From the NCBI GenBank assembly GCA_020348925.1, contig CP070758.1:3549688-3613687 (forward strand): a stretch of DNA of 64,000 nt, given 5' to 3'. Positions 48,316 through 57,592 of the stretch are shown one piece after another. The translations under genes were made by a program, and so were the position numbers. This DNA is from Gemmatimonadota bacterium. GTDB lineage: Bacteria; JBHIER01; G020348925. The notes under the pieces were generated by a model, which saw only the letters and a program-made list of their open reading frames with translations, was not told the origin of the DNA and ran no database searches. Numbering within the stretch: position 1 is the stretch's first letter; each line of letters starts with the position of its first letter.

Positions 48316-50415
48316 ATGAAGAGGATAATATACTTATTAGGTGCGATCCTGGTTGTGACATCTGTTTTGCAGTGTGCTCGATTCAATACGTATTATAATG
48401 CTCAACAATATTTTCAGCAAGCTGAACAGGCTCGAGAACGCTCCACGACATCTCAACTCTCCTCGTCGGAGATCGACTTGTATAACAAAGCTATCAAGAA
48501 GGCTTCGAAGGTCATAACGTTCTATCCCAAAAGTAAGTTGGTGGACGATGCTCTTCTCTTGATGGGAAAGGCCTTTTATCGTAAGGGCGAATATTCGAAG
48601 GCACAGAGAAAATTTAACGAGCTCATTTCAAATTTTCCCGAGAGCAATTTGAGCAATGAAGCCACCTTCTGGTTGGGGAGATCATATTTCGCTAACGGTG
48701 ATTATGTGAAAGCAGAAAAATCTTTGTCCGGCATTGTGACTCAAAAAAAGGCGAGGACGTGGGCCGCTGAGGCCCAATTTCTCTTGGCTGAAATGGCTTT
48801 TCTCAAACACCGTTATAAATATGCCTTGGGGGAATACGAGAAGGTTGTGAAGGGGTTTCCCAAGAGTTCTCGAAGTGCTGAGGCTCAGTACAGGATCGGA
48901 CAGTGCCTGACACTCTTGGATAGCCCCTACGAAGCCCGATTAGCCTATGATCAGGTTTTTTCCTTCGACCCACACGATACGCTCAAACTGAATGCCATGT
49001 TCAGTGTCGGGCAATCTTTGAGAGAGGAGGGGAGGTACGATCAGGCCATTGATGTTTTTGAGGAACTTCTGAGGGACTCCCGAAACATGGACTATTATTC
49101 GGCCATTCGTCTGGAGATTGCCGAATCTGAAGCGGAAAAGGGGGCTTTGGAGGCCGCCATTTCAGAATATGAAAAAATCATAGAGGACTATCCAAAGTCC
49201 GAAAGCTCTGCCGAAGCCCAGTACAGACTCGGATTGATTTATCTTGAAATTCTCGAGGATTTCGAAAAAGCCAAGGAGCATCTCGATTCAGTGAAAATGG
49301 AATATGCCAAATCACAATATGCGGAGCAGGCCCAGGGTATCAGTAGAAATATCGAAAAATTGACGGGCCTCTATTACAAGCTTTCACCGCCGCCGGTCGA
49401 TTCGACGGTTGCTGCGTCGATACCTTCGTTGGGAGATCAAACGCTGGTGATGAGATCTGATGATGCTGCTCTTGATGAACTCGTCGACTCCATCCTGGCG
49501 AGTGTGGGTGCGCTGGAGGAGGAGGCGCAAACCGGAGTCGCGTTTCCCGGACAAATTCCAGGAACCGGGCTGGTGAATCTTCCGAGGTCTGCGACGGAGG
49601 CGCAACCCGGAGTCCCGGTACCCGGACAGGTTTCAGGACGTGAACATGTTCCGGGAACTGCATCGGACACTCCTCCGGCCACGATTGAAAATCAAGGGGC
49701 AGCTGTCGATACGGCCGAAGTCCATTTTAAATTGGCCGAACACTATTTGTTCCATTTTTTCAAAGCCGATTCGGCCTTGAAACACTATCGAACCGTGTTG
49801 GACAGATACCCCGAGAGTGATTATGGCGCGAAATCGGCGTATGCGATAGCCTGGATAACTGACATAATTCTGAACGAGGCCACGGCGGCGCAGGAAGCCT
49901 ATTTGAGCACGATTGCGAATTTTCCTGGAACACCATACGATAAGGCCGCTCGAGTGGCTTTAGGAGAACGGTCGACACCTGAACAGGATTCGTCCTTGGC
50001 TCAAGAACAGTTTCTTGAGGCTGAGACAATGTTTCTGAGGGGAGGGGATGTCGATTCACTCATACGGGCCTATCAGAAAGTGATTGACGAATATCCCGAG
50101 AGTTCATATGCGCCGAAGGCGGGTTATACTATTGGCTGGATTTTAGAATATGTGGTGTCGAATCCACAGGCGGCTGAGGAGGTCTACGAGAAACTCCAGA
50201 ACGAATATGGTGATACGGAATTCGGCGGTGAAGCAAAAATAAAACTTGGAATGGTCCAACGGGCGAAACAGCAGGAGAAACAGCCGAAAAGGAAAGAGAA
50301 AAAGGAGAAAAAAGACGTAACACCGGAAGAATCATTGAACCTCGATGATATTGAGAGGGAATTGCTGGAGGAGGGGCCTATTATTTATACTGAAACTGAT
50401 GTCACCCGTAATTAA
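48316..50415 (+). CDS. TPR-repeat lipoprotein (BamD/CpoB-type repeats; N-terminus reminiscent of PorW/SprE)
   Basis: Lipobox VLQC, ARFNTYYNA, repeated YP.S..A..A.Y units. Confidence 0.82.
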   Translation: MKRIIYLLGAILVVTSVLQCARFNTYYNAQQYFQQAEQARERSTTSQLSSSEIDLYNKAIKKASKVITFYPKSKLVDDALLLMGKAFYRKGEYSKAQRKFNELISNFPESNLSNEATFWLGRSYFANGDYVKAEKSLSGIVTQKKARTWAAEAQFLLAEMAFLKHRYKYALGEYEKVVKGFPKSSRSAEAQYRIGQCLTLLDSPYEARLAYDQVFSFDPHDTLKLNAMFSVGQSLREEGRYDQAIDVFEELLRDSRNMDYYSAIRLEIAESEAEKGALEAAISEYEKIIEDYPKSESSAEAQYRLGLIYLEILEDFEKAKEHLDSVKMEYAKSQYAEQAQGISRNIEKLTGLYYKLSPPPVDSTVAASIPSLGDQTLVMRSDDAALDELVDSILASVGALEEEAQTGVAFPGQIPGTGLVNLPRSATEAQPGVPVPGQVSGREHVPGTASDTPPATIENQGAAVDTAEVHFKLAEHYLFHFFKADSALKHYRTVLDRYPESDYGAKSAYAIAWITDIILNEATAAQEAYLSTIANFPGTPYDKAARVALGERSTPEQDSSLAQEQFLEAETMFLRGGDVDSLIRAYQKVIDEYPESSYAPKAGYTIGWILEYVVSNPQAAEEVYEKLQNEYGDTEFGGEAKIKLGMVQRAKQQEKQPKRKEKKEKKDVTPEESLNLDDIERELLEEGPIIYTETDVTRN

Positions 50416-50437
50416 AGAATGGTAGATCTGCGAACGT

Positions 50438-51244
50438 ATGCCCATCCATACCTGTCACATTCTATCCCATGAACGACTTTCAGGTGATGTGTATCGGTTG
50501 AAATTTGTTTCGGAGCCCATATGTCGTGGTGCGCAACCGGGTCAGTTCGTCCATATCCGTGCAGATGTTCAATCCGATCCTCTTCTGCCCAGGCCTTTTA
50601 GCATCCATGATATTGATCGTGAAGTGATGGGTGTTGAGATCCTTTTCCAAGTGGTAGGATCTGGAACTCGCATTCTGTCCTCGAAGCGAAAGGGAGAATC
50701 GATCGAGGTCCTCGGCCCACTGGGACGCGGGTTTGGCGTTGACCACGAGCGGAGGATATCAGTCCTCGTTGCCGGTGGGATTGGTCTTGCGCCGTTCCCA
50801 TTCCTGATCAAACGCCTTCGTGAGAGTGGCCATTCGGTCTTCGTTTTAGCCGGTTGGAAAACAGTTGAAGAGATCGTCGGACTTGAGCGAATTGAGTCCT
50901 CGGGTGCTTCTGTTGACGTCGCGACAGAGGACGGGAGGCGAGGCTCTTGTGGGACTGTTACGAAACTCCTCAATACCCGGTTGAGGGCCGGAGATTTTGG
51001 TTCGGAATCGGAAATCGGTCTCTATGCCTGTGGGCCAGGTGCGATGTTGGCCACAGTAGCTCACATGGCCCGTCAATATAATGTGCCTTGTCAGGTTTCC
51101 CTGGAAGAGAGGATGGCCTGTGGTGTCGGAGCATGCTATGGTTGCGCAGTATTGGCGGCCGATAGAGAAAACGCTTGCCCCGAGTACAAGCTGGTCTGCA
51201 AAGACGGCCCTGTCTTTGATATGAATGAGGTTTGTCTGAAATGA
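50438..51244 (+). CDS. pyrK: Dihydroorotate dehydrogenase electron transfer subunit
   Basis: PGQFVH, LPRPFSI, GPLGRGF, GGIGLAP, EERMACGVGACYGC...VCKDGPVF. Confidence 0.93.
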   Translation: MPIHTCHILSHERLSGDVYRLKFVSEPICRGAQPGQFVHIRADVQSDPLLPRPFSIHDIDREVMGVEILFQVVGSGTRILSSKRKGESIEVLGPLGRGFGVDHERRISVLVAGGIGLAPFPFLIKRLRESGHSVFVLAGWKTVEEIVGLERIESSGASVDVATEDGRRGSCGTVTKLLNTRLRAGDFGSESEIGLYACGPGAMLATVAHMARQYNVPCQVSLEERMACGVGACYGCAVLAADRENACPEYKLVCKDGPVFDMNEVCLK

Positions 51245-52161
51245 GCGTCGATCTGTCAGTGAAAGTCAGCGCCATCCGTTTGAGGAATCCGGTGCTCGTT
51301 GCCTCCGGCACCTTTGGTTACGGTGAGGAGTATGCCGATCACATTGATGTTCGGAAGCTGGGCGGTATTGTCACCAAGTCGATTTCTCTCCATCCTCGGC
51401 CGGGGAATCCTCCGCCGCGGATTGCGGAGACCCCGTGTGGAATGCTGAATGCCATCGGATTGGCGAACGTCGGCGTTCACCGATTCATTGAGGAGAAACT
51501 GCCGTTCTTGCGATCCCTGGATGTGCCCATTATTGTCAATATTGCCTGCAGCACCGTGAGTGAATATGCCGAAGTGGCTGCAATTCTGAGCGAGTGCGAT
51601 GGTCTGGCAGGAATTGAGATAAACATCTCCTGCCCGAATGTCGAACGCGAAGGGATGGCCTTTGGAAGTGATCCGAGCACAGCTCACACGGTTGTGGCGG
51701 CCGTGCGTCAAGCGACACATCTCCCCGTTATCGCGAAATTGACACCGAATGTGACCGATATAGTGACCATTGCCCAAAGCGTTGTCGATGCCGGAGCTGA
51801 TGCCATCTCACTCATCAATACCCTTGTCGGGATGTCCATAGACATTAACAGTCGCAGGCCGAAGCTGGCCAACATCACCGGTGGTCTCTCCGGACCGGCC
51901 ATTCGACCGGTGGCTTTGGCTCTGGTGTGGAAAATCGTTCGACTTGGGACCGTTCCGGTGATTGGAGTTGGTGGCATCACAACGACGGAGGATGCCCTCG
52001 AATTCTTTATCGCCGGCGCGACAGCCATTCAGATCGGTACAGGCAATTTTGTTGATCCCAGAACGCCGTTACGCATTATTGAGGAGTTGAAAACGTTCCT
52101 TGAGGAGGAGGGTTTGGAATCAATATCCGAGCTGATAGGGAGTCTCACAATTGAGCCTTAG
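51241..52161 (+). CDS. pyrD: Dihydroorotate dehydrogenase 1B catalytic subunit
   Basis: ASGTFGYG, GNPPPRIAET, MLNAIGL.N, EINISCPN, KLTPN, GGLSG.AI.P. Confidence 0.95.
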   Translation: MSVDLSVKVSAIRLRNPVLVASGTFGYGEEYADHIDVRKLGGIVTKSISLHPRPGNPPPRIAETPCGMLNAIGLANVGVHRFIEEKLPFLRSLDVPIIVNIACSTVSEYAEVAAILSECDGLAGIEINISCPNVEREGMAFGSDPSTAHTVVAAVRQATHLPVIAKLTPNVTDIVTIAQSVVDAGADAISLINTLVGMSIDINSRRPKLANITGGLSGPAIRPVALALVWKIVRLGTVPVIGVGGITTTEDALEFFIAGATAIQIGTGNFVDPRTPLRIIEELKTFLEEEGLESISELIGSLTIEP

Positions 52162-52567
52162 AAGAGCGGTGAGAGAAACTCTTCTTCTCTGGATTGTCGT
52201 CGGAACGGCCCTTCAGGGGTGTTCCACGACGCCGAGGTACCGTGTCGGGGGTGGAATGGACACCGTTCAGACGGGTATCGCCTCGTATTACGGGTCAAAA
52301 TACCATGGGCGGAAAACCGCCAACGGCGAGGTTTTCGACATGTACGGCGTATCAGCTGCGCATAAAGACCTGCCCTTTGGGACAAGAATAGAAGTGACGA
52401 ATCTGAACAATAATAAAAAACTCATCGTCCGGATCAACGATCGTGGTCCCTTTGTCAAAGGGAGAATATTGGACCTGTCTTATGGGGCGGCAAAAGAATT
52501 GGATATGATCGAGTCGGGAACGGCACCGGTCCGGATCAAGGTGCTCGAATTAGGAGAAGGGAGATAG
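52151..52567 (+). CDS. rlpA: RlpA-family lytic transglycosylase lipoprotein (DPBB domain only)
   Basis: Lipobox LQGC, GIASYYG..HGRKTANGE, AAHK.LP, RINDRGPF..RILDLS. Confidence 0.9.
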   Translation: MSLRRAVRETLLLWIVVGTALQGCSTTPRYRVGGGMDTVQTGIASYYGSKYHGRKTANGEVFDMYGVSAAHKDLPFGTRIEVTNLNNNKKLIVRINDRGPFVKGRILDLSYGAAKELDMIESGTAPVRIKVLELGEGR

Positions 52568-52569
52568 AA

Positions 52570-53385
52570 ATGGCATCGCTATTTATAAAAAAATTGGAGC
52601 GGATTTGTCGGAAAAATGAAAGTCTTGTGTGTGTCGGGCTGGATGTGGATATGAATCGTATACCGACGTTTCTGCATGACGTGGGCGAACCCGTTCTAAC
52701 CTTTAACAGGGCCATTATTGATGCGACCCACGATCTCGTCTGCGCCTATAAACTCAATATCGCATTTTATGAAGTTTTGGGTGCCGAAGGGCTTCAGCAA
52801 TTCCGAAAGACCGTTGATCATATTCCGGACGATGTTATCAAAATTGTCGACGCGAAAAGGGGCGACATCGGGAATACGGCCCGCATGTACGCAAAAAGTT
52901 GCTTCGAGTATTATGGTGGCGACGCCGTCACTGCCAGTCCTTACCTCGGTCGTGATTCGCTTCAGCCGTTTCTCGATTATGAGGAGAAATGTACGTTTGT
53001 ATTGTGTCTTACTTCAAATCCCGGATCGAAGGATTTCCAATATCTGTCGCTTGGGGGGAAAACGCTGTATCAACTCGTCGCCGAAAATGTGAACCGATGG
53101 AATGAGAAGAGGAATTGCGGTTTGGTTGTCGGGGCCACACATCCCGAAGAACTGAAAAAGGTTCGTGAGATTGCTCCGGAGCTTCCGTTTCTCATTCCCG
53201 GGATCGGTGCGCAGGGGGGGGATGTTGGCCAAACGGTTCGGTTCGGAACGGACAAGAAGGGCGAAAGGGCCATAATTAATTCCTCCCGCGGGATCATCTA
53301 CGCCTCCGCCGGGAAGGACTTTGCGGATGCGGCTCGGGCGAAAACAAAAGAACTTCGTGAGGCCATCAACACATGGAGGTCGTGA
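52570..53385 (+). CDS. pyrF: Orotidine-5'-phosphate decarboxylase
   Basis: CVGLD, DAKRGDIGNT, TSNPGS, VVGAT, PGIGAQGG, NSSRGI. Confidence 0.95.
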   Translation: MASLFIKKLERICRKNESLVCVGLDVDMNRIPTFLHDVGEPVLTFNRAIIDATHDLVCAYKLNIAFYEVLGAEGLQQFRKTVDHIPDDVIKIVDAKRGDIGNTARMYAKSCFEYYGGDAVTASPYLGRDSLQPFLDYEEKCTFVLCLTSNPGSKDFQYLSLGGKTLYQLVAENVNRWNEKRNCGLVVGATHPEELKKVREIAPELPFLIPGIGAQGGDVGQTVRFGTDKKGERAIINSSRGIIYASAGKDFADAARAKTKELREAINTWRS

Positions 53386-53480
53386 CCATTGCGAAACAAA
53401 AGGCAGGAGGGTCGTTCAGATGATTACGTTTTCAAGCACAGGAAGGTTATTCGAACGTTTGCAATAAGGAGGTTTTGATC

Positions 53481-54062
53481 ATGATCGCGAAAGATGAAAT
53501 GCTCAATATATTCCAAGAGACGGGTGCACTTTTATCAGGCCATTTTCTTCTGACATCGGGTCTGCACAGTCCGCAGTATTTTCAGTGTGCTTTGCTCCTT
53601 CAGTATCCGCAGCATACGATGCGGCTTTGCGGTGAACTCGCCAACGCTTTCTCCGGGAAGGAGATCGACCTCGTCATCGCTCCTGCGATCGGAGGTATTG
53701 TTGTGGCACAGGAAGTGGGACGCGTTCTGAACAAGAGATCGATATTTGCCGAGAGGGAGGGCGGCGTCATGAGCCTGCGGCGTGGATTTTCTATTCAACC
53801 CGGAGAAAAGGTGTTGGTGACGGAGGACGTTATTACGACCGGGGGTTCGGTCAAGGAAGTGATCGATCTCGTGGAGAAAAACGGTGGGGACGTCGTCGGT
53901 GTCGGCGTCATTGTCGATCGCAGCCGCGGCAAATTCACACTGGACGTCCCCTTTATCCCTCTCCTTGAAATGGACGTCGTCGTGCACCAACCCGAGGCGT
54001 GTCCCTCGTGTAAGGACGGAATCCCCATCGTGAAACCTGGCAGCAGAAAAAGGAAATCCTGA
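53481..54062 (+). CDS. pyrE: Orotate phosphoribosyltransferase
   Basis: GHFLLTSGLHS.QY.QC, LRRGF, EDVITTGGS, KPGSR. Confidence 0.95.
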   Translation: MIAKDEMLNIFQETGALLSGHFLLTSGLHSPQYFQCALLLQYPQHTMRLCGELANAFSGKEIDLVIAPAIGGIVVAQEVGRVLNKRSIFAEREGGVMSLRRGFSIQPGEKVLVTEDVITTGGSVKEVIDLVEKNGGDVVGVGVIVDRSRGKFTLDVPFIPLLEMDVVVHQPEACPSCKDGIPIVKPGSRKRKS

Positions 54063-54066
54063 TCCA

Positions 54067-55977
54067 TTGAAAATACTCCGAATTTCAGCATGTGCGGGTT
54101 TCCGCCTCTTTTTCCTCATTTGTCTCCACTCAATATCTTTTTGCGATGTGGGAGCAGATTCGTCGTCTGTGACCGTAACGACATCAAAGCCTGCCTACTA
54201 TCGCTATGAAATCGTTGAAGTTACGGTCCACCTCAATTATTCAGATCAACATCTTATTGCTCCCGATACAATCTATGCGTCCGTCTCTCGAAACGGATCT
54301 GTCGTGCCCACAATCGCTCAAATGGTCCGAGTTCCCTGTCTTTTCGGCGGTGTTGAGGGACTTTGGCACGGGTATTGGCCTATTCCCTGGAATCCGGTTT
54401 TGGGAACATATGTCGTTGAAACGGAGGTGTTCGCTTCGGATTCAACGGACACCCTTCGAGCCCGGGCGCCCTTCGAAATCATCGGAAGACCGCTACAGCC
54501 CTTGGAGCCGGGCATGTGTGTCATGACCATAGAGTCGACGATCGATTTTCTCAAAACGCCCTTTCCCGTTCCCTTCGATGCTTCCGGTTCAGAGGAAAGT
54601 TTCCTAACGTGGGCGCGTTTTCTCGGGGCCGATGCGATCTGGTATTCGGTCGGCCAAACCATGGAAGGAGAATCCGGTGTCACCGATCAAGATCCATGGT
54701 ATCCGCTCAATGTTCGGCTTTTCCCAGAGGTGGCGTTAAAAACCAAGGAAGCGGGGTTCCGTTTTGGGGGTTGGATTGGATGTTATTTTCTCTGGGGTGA
54801 AAATCTGAAGGAGCTCGACTACACGTATTCGTGGGATTACTGGAAGCCGACGGGAAAAATGTACCGACCTCACCGCGTTTCAATCACTGATGAGAAACGG
54901 CTGTCCGACATCATTGGTTTGGTGAGGATGCTGGATGCTGATCCTCATGTCGATTACGTCGGACTGGATTACATTAGAACAGGTTTTGGTGGGTATGAGA
55001 TGGTGGAAGATTTCGTGAGAGCAATGAGTGTCGGAACACCGTGTGAATGGCATGACGACTCAGTTTTTGAGAAGAGAAGGTGGCTTGCCTTGGAGATCGA
55101 GGTCGAGAAGGACTCCGGAATTGTCGAGAAGTGGCAATGGTACTGTGCGCATAGAGTGGCACAGAACATACGTACTATTGTTGAACGATCCGGTTTGAAG
55201 AAACCGTTGTGGGTCTTCCTTCTCGGCTGGAGACACGGTCAGGAGCACGGCCAGGATCCGATTATGTTCCACGATGCGGGGGCTTCATGGTGTGCGGTCA
55301 TGCTCTATGAATCGAATGCGGATCACTGCCGGGAGATGAATAAGAGCTGGTCGTCATATCTTGAAAAAGGGCGGGTGAATCTTATTGTCGGAGAGTCGGT
55401 GGATTGGGAGCTGCTGCAGAGAAGCACGGAGCCTCCGGGGCCTGAGGAGTTTTATCGACGAGTGACGGAAGCGGTTGACGGTCTGTACGGGGGTGCACCG
55501 GTGGAGGGTGTTTTTTGGCACGATCTCAATCGGGGTGCCTGGGGGAAGCGGGGACCGTACCGAAGGTTGGAGTGGGCTGTAACAGGGGCCGCCTCGTTTT
55601 CCTATGTCAGATCGCAGAACGGCCGATTCCCTCTTCTCGTCTCCCTCGGAGTGCCGGATGAGATGCTATCGGGTACGACGTTTACAATGACCGTGCATTT
55701 GGAGAATAAAGGGTGTTCAGATGTCAATGATGTTGTGGTTGAACCGATCGAGATGCCGGGGATTACGTTTCTCAAGAGCGGTCCCATACCTGTGGGTACC
55801 CTTCGGTCCAACACGGAAACGCGCCTCAATTGCCGATGCGTTTTCTCCGGGTCGGAGAATGATGGTACCCATATTATGATAGCCACGCGGACAAAATGGG
55901 CGCCAGAAACACATCAAAATCAATACGTTAGTTTTGCGTATCTTAGGCGCGCATCTAAAAAGATATTGACAAAATAG
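54067..55977 (+). CDS. Secreted hypothetical protein with putative glycoside-hydrolase-like TIM barrel and Ig-like terminal domains
   Basis: Signal peptide, VDYVGLDYIR motif, C-terminal TVHLENKG Ig-like segment. Confidence 0.6.
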   Translation: MKILRISACAGFRLFFLICLHSISFCDVGADSSSVTVTTSKPAYYRYEIVEVTVHLNYSDQHLIAPDTIYASVSRNGSVVPTIAQMVRVPCLFGGVEGLWHGYWPIPWNPVLGTYVVETEVFASDSTDTLRARAPFEIIGRPLQPLEPGMCVMTIESTIDFLKTPFPVPFDASGSEESFLTWARFLGADAIWYSVGQTMEGESGVTDQDPWYPLNVRLFPEVALKTKEAGFRFGGWIGCYFLWGENLKELDYTYSWDYWKPTGKMYRPHRVSITDEKRLSDIIGLVRMLDADPHVDYVGLDYIRTGFGGYEMVEDFVRAMSVGTPCEWHDDSVFEKRRWLALEIEVEKDSGIVEKWQWYCAHRVAQNIRTIVERSGLKKPLWVFLLGWRHGQEHGQDPIMFHDAGASWCAVMLYESNADHCREMNKSWSSYLEKGRVNLIVGESVDWELLQRSTEPPGPEEFYRRVTEAVDGLYGGAPVEGVFWHDLNRGAWGKRGPYRRLEWAVTGAASFSYVRSQNGRFPLLVSLGVPDEMLSGTTFTMTVHLENKGCSDVNDVVVEPIEMPGITFLKSGPIPVGTLRSNTETRLNCRCVFSGSENDGTHIMIATRTKWAPETHQNQYVSFAYLRRASKKILTK

Positions 55978-55994
55978 AACAATTGTGGTATTTT
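55966..55994 (+). promoter_or_regulatory. sigma70-type promoter of ugd
   Basis: TTGACA-N17-TATTTT with extended -10 TG. Confidence 0.55.
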
Positions 55995-56040
55995 TAGCCT
56001 TTAAAATTGGTTAGTAGCCACTCAAAGTGAGGAGATAACG

Positions 56041-57342
56041 ATGAGAAAAATTTGTATGATCGGGACAGGATATGTTGGTCTCGTAACGGGAGCGTGTTTT
56101 GCTGACTTCGGCAATTCGGTCTTATGTGTCGATGTCGATTCGGAGAAGATAGAACTGCTTAAGAATTCGGTGGTCCCGTTCTTTGAGCCGGGCTTGAAAG
56201 AGTTTATTGAACGAAATACAGCCAGACAACGACTCGGATTTTCCGACGACGTCGAATGGGGTATTCGCGAGTCAGAGGTTATTTTTATTGCGGTGGGGAC
56301 ACCTTCCCTCCCTGACGGAAGCGCGGATTTATCTCAGGTTTTCTCTGTTTCGGAGAAAATTGCGGAAAACATGACCGAATACAAGGTGGTGGTCAATAAA
56401 AGTACCGTCTCCGTAGGTACGGGCGCAAAGGTGGCGGACGTCGTTCGAACGCATCAGAAAAAACCTATTCCTTTTGATGTCGTTTCAAATCCGGAGTTTT
56501 TGAGGGAAGGATCTGCTCTTGAGGACTTTATGCGACCTGACAGAGTTGTTATTGGCGCCACAAGCGATCGTGCCCTGGATATCATGTCTGAAATATACCG
56601 GCCCTTGTACTTGATTGAAACGCCGATTATCAAGACGAACCTGGAAACGGCAGAACTGATCAAGTATGCATCGAATGCGTATTTGGCAACGAGAATTTCG
56701 TTTATTAACGAAGTAGCCAATCTCTGTGAGAAGGTTGGAGCGGATGTCAATGTTGTCGCCAAGGCCATGGGCTTGGATGGTAGAATTGGACCGAAATTCT
56801 TGCATGCGGGTGCGGGGTTTGGGGGATCATGTTTTCCCAAAGACACGCGAGCGCTGATTAAAATTGCTGAACAAGCGGGTTCGCAAATATCCATTGTGGA
56901 AGCAGCCATTGCTGTGAATCAAAATCAGAGAGAAGTCGTTTTCCAGAAGATTCAAAAAATGAATGAATCCCTTGAGGGAAAATGTATCGGCTTTCTGGGT
57001 CTCTCGTTCAAACCGAAGACCGATGACATGCGTGAAGCTCCATCGATTACGGTAATTGAAAAATTGATCCAGCACAAGGCTACGATCAAGGCGTACGATC
57101 CCGTAGCCCAGGAGAATGCGAAGAAAGTCCTGAAGGATATTGAATACTGTCAGGATCCTTACAGTGTAGCCGAACATACTGATACCCTTGTGGTTATGAC
57201 TGAGTGGAATGAATTTCGTGAACTCGATTTCCCGCGAATTAAAGAGGTCATGAATGTGCCAAAAATTGTTGACGCCAGAAACGTATACGATCCTGAAAAA
57301 ATGAGGGAATTGGGCTTCGAGTACGCCGGAATCGGAAGATGA
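56041..57342 (+). CDS. ugd: UDP-glucose 6-dehydrogenase
   Basis: GTGYVGL, AVGTP, NKSTV, SNPEFLREG, GFGGSCFPKD, FKPKTDDMRE. Confidence 0.95.
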   Translation: MRKICMIGTGYVGLVTGACFADFGNSVLCVDVDSEKIELLKNSVVPFFEPGLKEFIERNTARQRLGFSDDVEWGIRESEVIFIAVGTPSLPDGSADLSQVFSVSEKIAENMTEYKVVVNKSTVSVGTGAKVADVVRTHQKKPIPFDVVSNPEFLREGSALEDFMRPDRVVIGATSDRALDIMSEIYRPLYLIETPIIKTNLETAELIKYASNAYLATRISFINEVANLCEKVGADVNVVAKAMGLDGRIGPKFLHAGAGFGGSCFPKDTRALIKIAEQAGSQISIVEAAIAVNQNQREVVFQKIQKMNESLEGKCIGFLGLSFKPKTDDMREAPSITVIEKLIQHKATIKAYDPVAQENAKKVLKDIEYCQDPYSVAEHTDTLVVMTEWNEFRELDFPRIKEVMNVPKIVDARNVYDPEKMRELGFEYAGIGR

Positions 57343-57592
57343 TATCCTTTCGGCAGATAAAGGAAGCCAACGGTTCAGGCGAGGAATTGACCTCATGAGG
57401 CATTTTATACAACCGGCACGTACGTTTGCACTATGCGAAACTGAAGGTTCATCAAAGCAAACATCGCCGGTCATCGGATTGTATAGACATTTATGTCGGA
57501 AGTGAGCGGTATTCTCATCTCTGTTCGAAAATTCAGCCTGTTGGTCGACGGTTCACTCCCTTGTCGTACGCGCCAACATAGAATTCAAGGAA

